Positions 6,806-14,467 of a DNA stretch of 51,563 bases are shown here, piece after piece. How positions within the stretch are numbered: position 1 is the stretch's first letter; the number at the start of each line of letters is the position of its first letter. The stretch spans positions 1 through 51,563 of the forward strand of contig JAZOCR010000159.1 of assembly GCA_045596605.1 (NCBI GenBank), written 5' to 3'. The notes under the pieces are model-generated. The model was given only the letters and a program-made list of their open reading frames with translations. It did no database searches and had not been told where the DNA came from. Source of the DNA: Eubacteriales bacterium (GTDB lineage: Bacteria; Bacillota; Clostridia; Oscillospirales; CAG-382). The position numbers were made by a program, and so were the translations under genes.

Positions 6806-7885
6806 TTAATAGTCCTCTCTATTCCAAATATAGGAAGTATATCTTCCTCCACTGAGCTTAATTATTTTTCCTTTTTTAAGAAGGTCATTCAGCGTCCTTT
6901 GCACTGTTGTTTCACTTATATCGGGGCATTTGTTTATAATATCCTGCTTGGTTACCTTGCCAAGTGTATCTTCAATGGTTTTTGCAACTATTTCAGGCTT
7001 TGAAAGCTTACTTTCAATTATCATCTGAACTCGGTTTGCAAATTCTCTGTGAGCTGAAAGAATAACAGAAAGCATATATTTAACAAAAGGTGCATAATCG
7101 TTTTGATTTTCGTGCCATCCATATGAGCTTTTCTGAAGAGCATCGTAGTAATTGTCCTTTGTGGTTTCAATAAGCTTCTCTATACTGATATATTTACCCA
7201 CAATATAACCACTACGGTAAAGCAGTAAAAGTGTAAGCAGTCTGCTCATTCGTCCGTTGCCGTCGTTAAATGGATGTATGCACAAAAAATCAAGTACGAA
7301 CATAGGGATTGCGAGGAGCGGATTTATAGCTTCTAATGCAATTGCCTCGTTATATGCCGCACAGAGATTTTCTATACTCTCCGGTACTTCCCATGCCTCT
7401 ACCGGTTGGAAACGAACAAATCTGTTACCCTGTGCATCTTCTTCGGCTATAACATTGTCAACATTCTTGTACTGACCACCGTATGTTACTGTATTAAATC
7501 TATATAAATCTCTGTGAAGCTGTAAAATAATGTTGGGTTTTACCGGAATTCCGTCGTGGTTAGTGTGGATTGTATTCAGAACATCACGATAGCCTGCGAT
7601 TTCCTCTTCCGCTCTGTTCATAGGGTTGGTTTTTGATAACGCCAGCTTCTTGATTCTTTCGTCAGAAGTATATATACCTTCTATTTTATTGGATGCTTCC
7701 GTACTCTGTATTTTTGCAATATCAACAAGACTTGTAAGTACATCAACACTTGATTCTATAAATGAATTCTGTTTTCCTTTGTATTCGTGAATCTGCGTAA
7801 GCATCGAAACAATGTCAGGCGTTAAAAACTGCTCCCATTTATTTTTATAATTGTATACTCTCATAAGGCTCTCCTTTCGACGCAA
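6806..7885 (-). CDS. fic: Fic-family protein (AMPylase-type) with an intramolecular inhibitory helix and a C-terminal winged-helix-like domain
   Basis: Fic motif HPFNDGNGRMSR. The N-terminal SNKIEG fits the (S/T)xxxE(G/N) inhibitory motif (class II arrangement). The C-terminus KQDIINKCPDISETTVQRTLNDLLKKGKI looks like a wHTH. SD AAAGGAGAG precedes the ATG. Confidence 0.93.
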   Translation of the reverse strand: MRRKESLMRVYNYKNKWEQFLTPDIVSMLTQIHEYKGKQNSFIESSVDVLTSLVDIAKIQSTEASNKIEGIYTSDERIKKLALSKTNPMNRAEEEIAGYRDVLNTIHTNHDGIPVKPNIILQLHRDLYRFNTVTYGGQYKNVDNVIAEEDAQGNRFVRFQPVEAWEVPESIENLCAAYNEAIALEAINPLLAIPMFVLDFLCIHPFNDGNGRMSRLLTLLLLYRSGYIVGKYISIEKLIETTKDNYYDALQKSSYGWHENQNDYAPFVKYMLSVILSAHREFANRVQMIIESKLSKPEIVAKTIEDTLGKVTKQDIINKCPDISETTVQRTLNDLLKKGKIIKLSGGRYTSYIWNREDY

Positions 7886-7910
7886 TTTACTAATCTTTTA
7901 TTACAAATAC

Positions 7911-7939
7911 ATTATACAATACAATTATGCCTTTGTCAA
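7911..7939 (-). promoter_or_regulatory. Sigma-A type promoter for the fic-hsd operon: TTGACA, 17-nt spacer, TATAAT
   Basis: The minus strand reads TTGACAaaggcataattgtattgTATAAT. The -10 ends about 25 nt upstream of the fic ATG. Confidence 0.6.
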
Positions 7940-7979
7940 GTCAATTTAGTCATTTTCGTTATATTTGACTAAATTGACT
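7939..7979. promoter_or_regulatory. Perfect 14-bp inverted repeat (candidate operator) abutting the -35 of the fic-hsd promoter
   Basis: AGTCAATTTAGTCA, 13-nt spacer, TGACTAAATTGACT. No flanking T-run, so it is unlikely to be a terminator. Confidence 0.55.
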
Positions 7980-8183
7980 GCATTTTTGAAAAGTTAAATC
8001 GCAATTGCGAGAATAAAGTAGTCATATGGCACAAAAACGTAGAATTACAAAATTATAAATCAAACCATCGTTAACCGCAGTTAACGAATCGAGTTTTCTT
8101 TCATTCTTATATTAGACAATAGACCCACCACAGGAGTTAACTCATTTCTATTGTACTTTATAAAATCTTTGGAGGAAATCAAA

Positions 8184-8450
8184 ATGCAAAAACACAAAAC
8201 ATTCGACCTAAGATGTAACATCGACAACCAAGGGACACTGACTATTCGTATCCCACAAAAGCTGTACAAAGAATATGAGCAGAAGGTGCAAAATAATAAT
8301 ATGCACTTGCTCTACGAAATTTTTGAGGACTATTCCAAGCTTCCGCCGAGTCTGCGAAGGTTGTTCCAACACCGCCTTCTTGGAAATATTGACAGGTTAG
8401 GTACTCTTGAAGACGTGCTATTTCTTTTATGGGACACAAAATTAAAGTAG
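8184..8450 (+). CDS. Hypothetical small protein (88 aa)
   Basis: Good SD (GGAGGAAATCAAA-ATG) at the internal Met of track ORF 8151..8450. No motif recognised. Confidence 0.55.
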   Translation: MQKHKTFDLRCNIDNQGTLTIRIPQKLYKEYEQKVQNNNMHLLYEIFEDYSKLPPSLRRLFQHRLLGNIDRLGTLEDVLFLLWDTKLK

Positions 8451-8457
8451 AACCACA

Positions 8458-8487
8458 GAACCCGATGAGATGATTCTCATCGGGTTC
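8458..8487 (+). other. Perfect 12-bp stem-loop between the two small plus-strand ORFs
   Basis: GAACCCGATGAG, loop atgatt, CTCATCGGGTTC. No T-run follows it. Confidence 0.5.
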
Positions 8488-8524
8488 TACACAAGAACAA
8501 AGAACATAATTAACAGGAGGTACT

Positions 8525-8788
8525 ATGACATCAATACTTAAAGATTTTTGGTGCGGGAATATTGTGCCCTGCAGTGATTCTAAAAGTGCCACGCAGGAAA
8601 TGCAGGACCTTTCAGAATACATCTCCAGACATCGAGAAGGCTTACTTAAAACAATGTCAGGCGAACAAAAAGAAATCTTTGAAAAACTTGAAGATTGTCA
8701 AAAAGAATATTCTCAACTTTCAGAAGAAGCAATATTTGAATATGGCTTCAGGCTTGGAATGAGAATTGCTTTTGAAACACTTCACTGA
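8525..8788 (+). CDS. Hypothetical small helical protein (87 aa). It resembles a family I associate with Firmicutes integrative/conjugative elements (possibly DUF6809, from memory).
   Basis: Strong SD (AGGAGGTACT-ATG). Pattern: DFWCGNIVPC...QKEIFEKLEDC...EEAIFEYGFRLGMRIAFETL. Confidence 0.6.
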   Translation: MTSILKDFWCGNIVPCSDSKSATQEMQDLSEYISRHREGLLKTMSGEQKEIFEKLEDCQKEYSQLSEEAIFEYGFRLGMRIAFETLH

Positions 8789-8877
8789 GAAAATGAATCT
8801 ATCCTATTTAGTTAAAGTTAAACCCGGTAAGATTGCTCTCGCCGGGTTGACTTTCCGGGTAAAAATAACCCTCAAGG

Positions 8878-8905
8878 CAAAAACTGTAGTACAAAAACTG
8901 TAGTA
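8878..8905. repeat. Perfect tandem duplication of a 14-mer (CAAAAACTGTAGTA x2)
   Basis: Read directly from the sequence. It lies between the island's last ORF and the tRNA terminator. Confidence 0.9.
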
Positions 8906-8921
8906 TTTGCTGTTTATGAAC

Positions 8922-8968
8922 AAAATAAGAACACCCTTGTACAGCTCAACTTTCAAGCTATACAAGGG
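8922..8968 (-). terminator. Rho-independent terminator of the tRNA-Leu/tRNA-Met unit
   Basis: 8-bp stem CCCTTGTA/TACAAGGG with a 19-nt loop. On the minus strand it is followed by TGTTCTTATTTT. Confidence 0.55.
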
Positions 8969-8976
8969 TTTGTCTT

Positions 8977-9054
<78 letters not shown>

Positions 9055-9082
9055 ATATATTTAATTTCGATTTCCGATTTTG

Positions 9083-9171
9083 TGGTGCCGGAAACCGGGC
9101 TCGAACCGGTACGGGAGGTTAGTCCCACGGGATTTTAAGTCCCGGGCGTCTGCCAATTTCGCCACTCCGGC
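9083..9171 (-). tRNA. tRNA-Leu (UAA)
   Basis: Minus strand: GCCGGAGTGGCGAAATTGGCAGACGCCCGGGACTTAAAATCCCGTGGGACTAACCTCCCGTACCGGTTCGAGCCCGGTTTCCGGCACCA. It has a long variable arm, anticodon loop CT-TAA-AA and an encoded CCA. Confidence 0.93.
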
Positions 9172-9280
9172 ATCTCTAATCGAATGCCTTCTCTTTCGAG
9201 CGCTTAAGTATTATATCACACAAAATCAGGTTTGTCAAGTCTTTTTTATTATTTTTATCAAATAATTAAGCGACAAAATT

Positions 9281-9322
9281 ATTCAAAATTCTGCCCGAAG
9301 ATACAAACATCTCTCCGGGCAG
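9281..9322 (-). terminator. Putative terminator after the rodA-like gene
   Basis: Stem CTGCCCG/CGGGCAG, with AATTTTGAATAATTTT following on the minus strand. Confidence 0.45.
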
Positions 9323-9328
9323 AAAAAA

Positions 9329-10810
9329 CTACATACTTCTGTAGGAATAATTTTTGGAATTGGCATATACCGCCATAACAAGTGCAAGTGCCGCATAAGT
9401 GCTAAGAAGCGACGATGTTCCGTAGCTGACAAGTGGCAACGTTATGCCCACAACCGGTGTAAGCCCAAGTGCCATTCCTACGTTTATTATAAACTGGAAC
9501 ACGAGCATTCCCGCAACGCCCGCACAAATATACGTTCCGGCGTAATCCTTCGACGTTCCGGCAGTTCGGATTATTCTGTATACCATAAACATAAACGAAA
9601 GTATAAGCACGGCACAGCCTACAAAGCCAAGCTCCTGTCCGATTACGGCAAATATCATATCCGTCTGCTTTGCGTACAGCGCACCTTTTTGCTGAATTGT
9701 GCTTCCCTGCATATACCCTTGTCCAAAAAGTCCGCCGGAGGCTATTGCATTTCTGCTTCTTATAACCTGATGTCCCGTTCCGAGTGGGTCAAGGTCCGGA
9801 TTAAAGCCTATAAGGACACGTTTTTTACGAAAGTTGTCAAGGTTATCCCATATAAGTGGGAAAGATATTACTGCAAGAGCAAGGCTTCCCAATATGTAAC
9901 GTATATCTATTTTTGCTGCAAACAGCATTGCGGCAAAAATGGCAAAAAACACAAGTGCATTACCCCAGTCCTGTTCTGCAAGAACAAGACCAATTATAAC
10001 CCCACCATGAAGCAGAACTCCAAGAAGCGTTCTGGGTCTGTTGAGTCTTTCACGCACACGTTCAAGATGTGACGAAAGAGAGAGAATAAATAATACCTTT
10101 GCAAACTCCGCAGGCTGAATTTTGGTAACGCCAAAAATATCAACCCAGTTTCTGTTTGTTTCGCCGGTTACGCTTTCACCGAATATAAGCGTAAACACGA
10201 GAATTACTACATTCATCAAAAACAAAAACTTTGTTCTTTTTGCAATTTCGCCATAATCAAAAAAAGGCACTATAACGATAAGGAAAACACCAATAAAAAA
10301 GCCCCCGATTTGAAGCAAATCAAATCGTCTGTGTGCGGCTTCTGTAAGAGTTGCGCTATGTACTGCAAGAACTCCAAAAACAGCGACTACTATAATAGAA
10401 AAAAGCATCAGATAGTCAAGCCTTTTCAGGTGCTCCAAAATACCTTTTTTGATTTCTCCGAATACTCTTGCCGCACCGGTTTTCGGAGCAGTAAGCGGAG
10501 CAGGTGCCGGACTGAGAGCGATTGTTCTGCGTGCCTTTAGCCTTTTGCTTCTTGCCGCCTGTCTGCGACTTGCAGAGCTCACAAGTCCGAGATTTGTATA
10601 AAGCTCACGGTTTTTGCGCTCCGCATCAAGCGGAGACATAACTCTTGAAAGCTTACCGGTATCTGCACTACTTGAAATACGCTTTCTTCTGACACGTTTT
10701 CCGGAAAGCTTGACTTTGAGTCCCGGTACTTCGGTGCTTTCTGTATTTTTTGTTTTCAGCCGAGCATAATGTTTTTCGCCCTTCACGCTCTCACCCCCTA
10801 CTCTTTTCAT
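9329..10810 (-). CDS. rodA: SEDS-family peptidoglycan glycosyltransferase (RodA/FtsW family) with a long basic N-terminal extension
   Basis: The C-terminal 360 aa are typical SEDS (..GTGHQVIRSRNAIASGGLFGQG.., ..LGLTPVVGITLPLVSYGTSSLL..). The first ~135 aa are Lys/Arg/Ser-rich with no TM helix. Confidence 0.85.
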   Translation of the reverse strand: MKRVGGESVKGEKHYARLKTKNTESTEVPGLKVKLSGKRVRRKRISSSADTGKLSRVMSPLDAERKNRELYTNLGLVSSASRRQAARSKRLKARRTIALSPAPAPLTAPKTGAARVFGEIKKGILEHLKRLDYLMLFSIIVVAVFGVLAVHSATLTEAAHRRFDLLQIGGFFIGVFLIVIVPFFDYGEIAKRTKFLFLMNVVILVFTLIFGESVTGETNRNWVDIFGVTKIQPAEFAKVLFILSLSSHLERVRERLNRPRTLLGVLLHGGVIIGLVLAEQDWGNALVFFAIFAAMLFAAKIDIRYILGSLALAVISFPLIWDNLDNFRKKRVLIGFNPDLDPLGTGHQVIRSRNAIASGGLFGQGYMQGSTIQQKGALYAKQTDMIFAVIGQELGFVGCAVLILSFMFMVYRIIRTAGTSKDYAGTYICAGVAGMLVFQFIINVGMALGLTPVVGITLPLVSYGTSSLLSTYAALALVMAVYANSKNYSYRSM

Positions 10811-10963
10811 AATATATAATTATACTACAACAAAACACAAAAGTAAATAGCTATTTGTAATTTTACAATTTTTATAAATCTGCTTTTCTGAATTTACAAA
10901 TTCATATGGAATTTAAGATGCAAAGAATATATAATATATGATATTAACTCACTATTAAAGGAT

Positions 10964-11590
10964 GTGCCGGAATTGTACGAAGAAAAGAAGAAATCTTGGA
11001 TAGGAAGAATTATTACCTATGCATTTTTTGCCGTTGGAATATTCATTGTAAGCGCAATCATCTTCCGCTCATATAAAATGAGTGACATACCTGTATGTGA
11101 CGACGTAATTTTTGATAGGGCTACCTATCAGGCATACGAGGAAAATCCAAAGGACTTCAAGGTTTATACCTACGGTCTTCGCAAGCGTTTTGAAAGCGTT
11201 GCAGGCAATAAGCTTTTACAGCTGAAGTATATGTACTACATTCCAAGCACAAAACAGATGCAGGTAAGTGTAAAATACAGCACTGATTATGCAGAGCTTG
11301 CAACCGACGAGCATCTGCCACTTGAGCTTGTACTGAAAAACGAAAAGGGCGATATACTTCCCGATTATTTTTATGAATACGGAAGCAAATACGACTACGG
11401 ATATATAAGGATATGCTGGAACGGCGCAGAAATAACAGACGCAAGTGAATATACCTTATATATATATTTACCCGTTGAAAACGAGGAGTCAGAGCTTATC
11501 GGTAAATTCACTCTGCAGGATGCACATTCTGCGTATCGTGAAATCGAGCTTAACAAAGATAATGCACCTGCAATCTTCACAAACAAATAA
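10964..11590 (+). CDS. Hypothetical membrane-anchored protein (N-terminal TM helix)
   Basis: 208 aa ORF. TM helix IITYAFFAVGIFIVSAIIF. The start codon is uncertain (GTG in the track, poor SD spacing). Confidence 0.55.
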   Translation: MPELYEEKKKSWIGRIITYAFFAVGIFIVSAIIFRSYKMSDIPVCDDVIFDRATYQAYEENPKDFKVYTYGLRKRFESVAGNKLLQLKYMYYIPSTKQMQVSVKYSTDYAELATDEHLPLELVLKNEKGDILPDYFYEYGSKYDYGYIRICWNGAEITDASEYTLYIYLPVENEESELIGKFTLQDAHSAYREIELNKDNAPAIFTNK

Positions 11591-11597
11591 AACCTGT

Positions 11598-11635
11598 GCG
11601 CACCCTGCATATATTTTGCAAGGTGCGCTTTTCTT
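11598..11635. terminator. Bidirectional hairpin terminator between convergent genes
   Basis: GCGCACC...GGTGCGC stem followed by TTTTCT. Confidence 0.55.
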
Positions 11636-11648
11636 TATCTTTATTAAA

Positions 11649-12686
11649 TTACAGTCCGTATTTTCGCATAAACTCCGCTCCACTGCCGGTAAAGCGTTTT
11701 CCGTCAAGGTATGAAAGAATACCGGAATCAGAGGTAAACTCAAATCTCAGGCTGTATGCATACAGATGCTGAAAATTATCACCGTATTTCTTTCCGTGGC
11801 TTACGCCGTATTTTCCATCACCCACAAGCGGCGTGCCGATGTACGCCATATGTGCACGTATCTGATGAGTTCTGCCGGTTATAAGCTCAACCGACACAAG
11901 CGCATTATCTCCTATTACCCTCTCGGTTTTATATTTGGTGATAACTGTTTTTATATCGTCATCATATTTGACTTTTAGCGCCCGTTTTGCGTCCTCACGG
12001 GTGGGGAAAATATAAACTCTGTTTTTTGATTTATCCTTGTAATGAAAATCCTTAAGGGTTGCACTTTTCGGGTTTGGCACACCGCAAGTTTCACAAAAGT
12101 AGGTTTTCTTTATTTCACGGTTCTTTATTTTTTCATTCATAATACGCAGTGCCTGGGCGTTTTTGGCGCAGATTACAAGACCGCCTGTGTTTCTGTCAAG
12201 CCTGTGACAGAGAGCAGGCGCAAAGCTTTGCTCATTCTCCGGCTTATACTCACCTTTTTTGTAAAGATAGCCCGTAACTCTGTCAATAAGGTAAATGCTG
12301 TCTGCACCGCCTTCTTCTCCCGGCTCTGATGCGTGAACCGTTTCTCCCTGAGGCTTATCCACAATTATGATGTTTTCGTCCTCATACACTACTTCCTTTT
12401 CCGAAAGACATAGTTTTTCATCGGAATATTTTTTTGATTTATCCAACACTTCACAGCTATCTCTGAAGAACTCATCGCTTATATAAAGAGCAATAATGTC
12501 CCCCTCACAAAGCACAGTGTCAGCTGTAGCTTTTACACCGTTGACTCTGAAGCTTTTCAGGCGGAAATATTTATAAAGCAGTGATTTTGGAATATTTACC
12601 AGCGTTTTGGTCAAAAATTTATCCAGACGCTGTCCGGCATCATTCTTATTTACTGTAAGCGTTCTTATAATATCAAGTCCAATCAT
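11649..12686 (-). CDS. RluA-family (RluD-like) pseudouridine synthase with an N-terminal S4 domain
   Basis: S4-like N-terminus GQRLDKFLTK. Catalytic motif HRLDRNTGGL. HQIRAHM near the C-terminus. Confidence 0.9.
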   Translation of the reverse strand: MIGLDIIRTLTVNKNDAGQRLDKFLTKTLVNIPKSLLYKYFRLKSFRVNGVKATADTVLCEGDIIALYISDEFFRDSCEVLDKSKKYSDEKLCLSEKEVVYEDENIIIVDKPQGETVHASEPGEEGGADSIYLIDRVTGYLYKKGEYKPENEQSFAPALCHRLDRNTGGLVICAKNAQALRIMNEKIKNREIKKTYFCETCGVPNPKSATLKDFHYKDKSKNRVYIFPTREDAKRALKVKYDDDIKTVITKYKTERVIGDNALVSVELITGRTHQIRAHMAYIGTPLVGDGKYGVSHGKKYGDNFQHLYAYSLRFEFTSDSGILSYLDGKRFTGSGAEFMRKYGL

Positions 12687-12804
12687 TATTTTTATAGATG
12701 GAGTATAACATATAATAGCCGTCTTTTCAAGGAGTTTTCGTAAACTTTCTTATAGTCGGTAATTTTTGAGTTAAACGGAGGTTATTGCTATCAAAAAACT
12801 GTTT

Positions 12805-13584
12805 ATGTTCATGCGGCGTACCGTAATGTTTTATATAGACAAGCGAATTGCTCCCCAGTCGGCGCAGCTTTCATACTACATGATTTTCACCTTTTTCCCT
12901 ATTCTGCTTCTTGCAAACTCGCTTGCAGGCAATTTCATTCCAAAAGACTTCAATCTGCCTCTTTCAAACGTTATTCCGGAGCCGATAAGAAATTTCGCAA
13001 ACAGTTATATAAGCGAAATCGGCGAAGCTCCAAATGCAAAGCTTATTTTCCTCGGTGCATTTCTTACCCTTTATTCTCTTACAAGGTATATACGTTTTTA
13101 CAGGGCGGCTTTACGTAGCATATACTCAAAAAGCAGACACCTGAACTTTTTTCTTGACTGGGTTCTGTCCTTTCTGTTTTCGGTAGGTATGCTTATTCTT
13201 TTTTATCTTGCAGTTTTTTCTGTTTTCTTCACAGACAGCTTTCTTTCTGCAATTGGTCTTTCACATTTTGCACAGAGCCTATGGTATGTACTGCGATTTT
13301 TCATAATTGCTCTATACGCCTTTCTCGTCATATGCGCACTGCATTTTACTGAGTGTGGCAGTGATGAGCGTTTTATGGACTTTGCACCCGGTGCACTCTG
13401 CTCCGTCGGACTCTGGACAGTTATATCGGTAATCTTTTCATACTATGCAAAAGAGATTGCAAATTACTCGGTAGTTTACGGCTCGATTGGAAACGTAATA
13501 ATGCTACTTGTGTGGCTTAATATTACGAATACCGTTCTTCTTATGGGAGGTTTCGTAAATATAAGTTTAAATAATAAGCATTGA
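12805..13584 (+). CDS. YihY/BrkB-family membrane protein
   Basis: The SAQLSYYMIFTFFPILLL signature plus multiple TM helices. Confidence 0.8.
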   Translation: MFMRRTVMFYIDKRIAPQSAQLSYYMIFTFFPILLLANSLAGNFIPKDFNLPLSNVIPEPIRNFANSYISEIGEAPNAKLIFLGAFLTLYSLTRYIRFYRAALRSIYSKSRHLNFFLDWVLSFLFSVGMLILFYLAVFSVFFTDSFLSAIGLSHFAQSLWYVLRFFIIALYAFLVICALHFTECGSDERFMDFAPGALCSVGLWTVISVIFSYYAKEIANYSVVYGSIGNVIMLLVWLNITNTVLLMGGFVNISLNNKH

Positions 13585-13641
13585 AATTTGAAAAATAATT
13601 TGGTATAATAAGAAAAATATCATTATGTCGGAGGTACAGAA

Positions 13642-14193
13642 ATGATTGAAAATATAAAAAATGATTTAAAAGCTGCTCTTTGTGAGCTATATGAGGCAGC
13701 ACATCCGGAAGAAAACGGTATACTTGTGGTAGGCTGCAGCACAAGCGAGGTTGTTGGCGGAAAAATCGGAACTTGCGGCAGCAGCGAGGCGGCACAGGCA
13801 ATATGTGAAACAATACTTGAATTCTGCAAAGAAAAGAAGCTGTTTCTTGCCGCACAGTGCTGTGAGCATCTCAACCGCTCACTGGTTGTGGAAGAGGAAT
13901 GTGCAAAAATGTACGGTCTTACAAGAGTTAACGCCGTCCCCCACGCACACGCAGGAGGAGCCTTTGGCACTGCAGTATATGCAAATATGAAGGAGCCATA
14001 CGTTGTTGAAGGTGTGGTTGCGGATATGGGAATTGATATTGGCGACACCTTTATCGGAATGCACATTCGTCCCGTTTGTGTGCCGGTAAGAGTAAGCGTT
14101 AAAAATATAGGAAATGCGCACCTAACTCTTGCAAGAAGCAGATGCAAATACGTCGGCGGAGAAAGAACTCATTATAACGCAGAGCTTGGCTGA
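13642..14193 (+). CDS. TIGR01440/UPF0340-family (YwlG-like) conserved protein
   Basis: ILVVGCSTSEVVGGKIGT.GS and ..NAVPHAHAGGAF.. patterns. SD GGAGGT. Confidence 0.75.
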   Translation: MIENIKNDLKAALCELYEAAHPEENGILVVGCSTSEVVGGKIGTCGSSEAAQAICETILEFCKEKKLFLAAQCCEHLNRSLVVEEECAKMYGLTRVNAVPHAHAGGAFGTAVYANMKEPYVVEGVVADMGIDIGDTFIGMHIRPVCVPVRVSVKNIGNAHLTLARSRCKYVGGERTHYNAELG

Positions 14194-14289
14194 CAGCTTG
14201 TGAAACATCAAAATATAGTATAAGTCAACACATTGACATACTAAATATTGAGCAATTTTAACAAAAATAAAAAATCGTGTATTTTTCTG

Positions 14290-14318
14290 TTGACAAACAG
14301 GATTATATAATATATAAT
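14290..14318 (+). promoter_or_regulatory. Sigma-A promoter of the pfl operon: TTGACA, 17-nt spacer, TATAAT
   Basis: TTGACAaacaggattatataataTATAAT, read directly from the sequence. Confidence 0.65.
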
Positions 14319-14329
14319 GAATACACGAG

Positions 14330-14435
14330 CCGTTTACATAACTGACGGATGAGCGGGATTACCGCAAGGAAATGTAAACGTATAATGCCGACCGTCTGGG
14401 CAAAACAGTAAACGTGCTGTTCTGCCCTTTTTTGT
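14330..14435 (+). ncRNA. ZTP riboswitch (pfl RNA motif) with an intrinsic-terminator expression platform
   Basis: P1 is CGTTTACAT...ATGTAAACG. J1/2 ACTGACGG can form a pseudoknot (GACGG with CCGTC) with the conserved 3' module GCCGACCGTCTGGGCA. An internal hairpin GCGG-gatt-ACCGC is present. Terminator CTGGGCAAAACAG-taaacgtg-CTGTTCTGCCC plus TTTTTT overlaps the CTGGGC module. Its position upstream of pflB is the classical context. Confidence 0.75.
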
Positions 14436-14467
14436 TTAGATGTTTAAATTTGCGAGGAGGAATATAT

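Noticed and set aside
13541-14147. Minus-strand ORFs 13541..13855, 13623..14147 and 13879..14121, and plus-strand 13751..13990
   Set aside because: They are antisense or alternative-frame shadows of the conserved TIGR01440-family gene, with no SD and odd composition.
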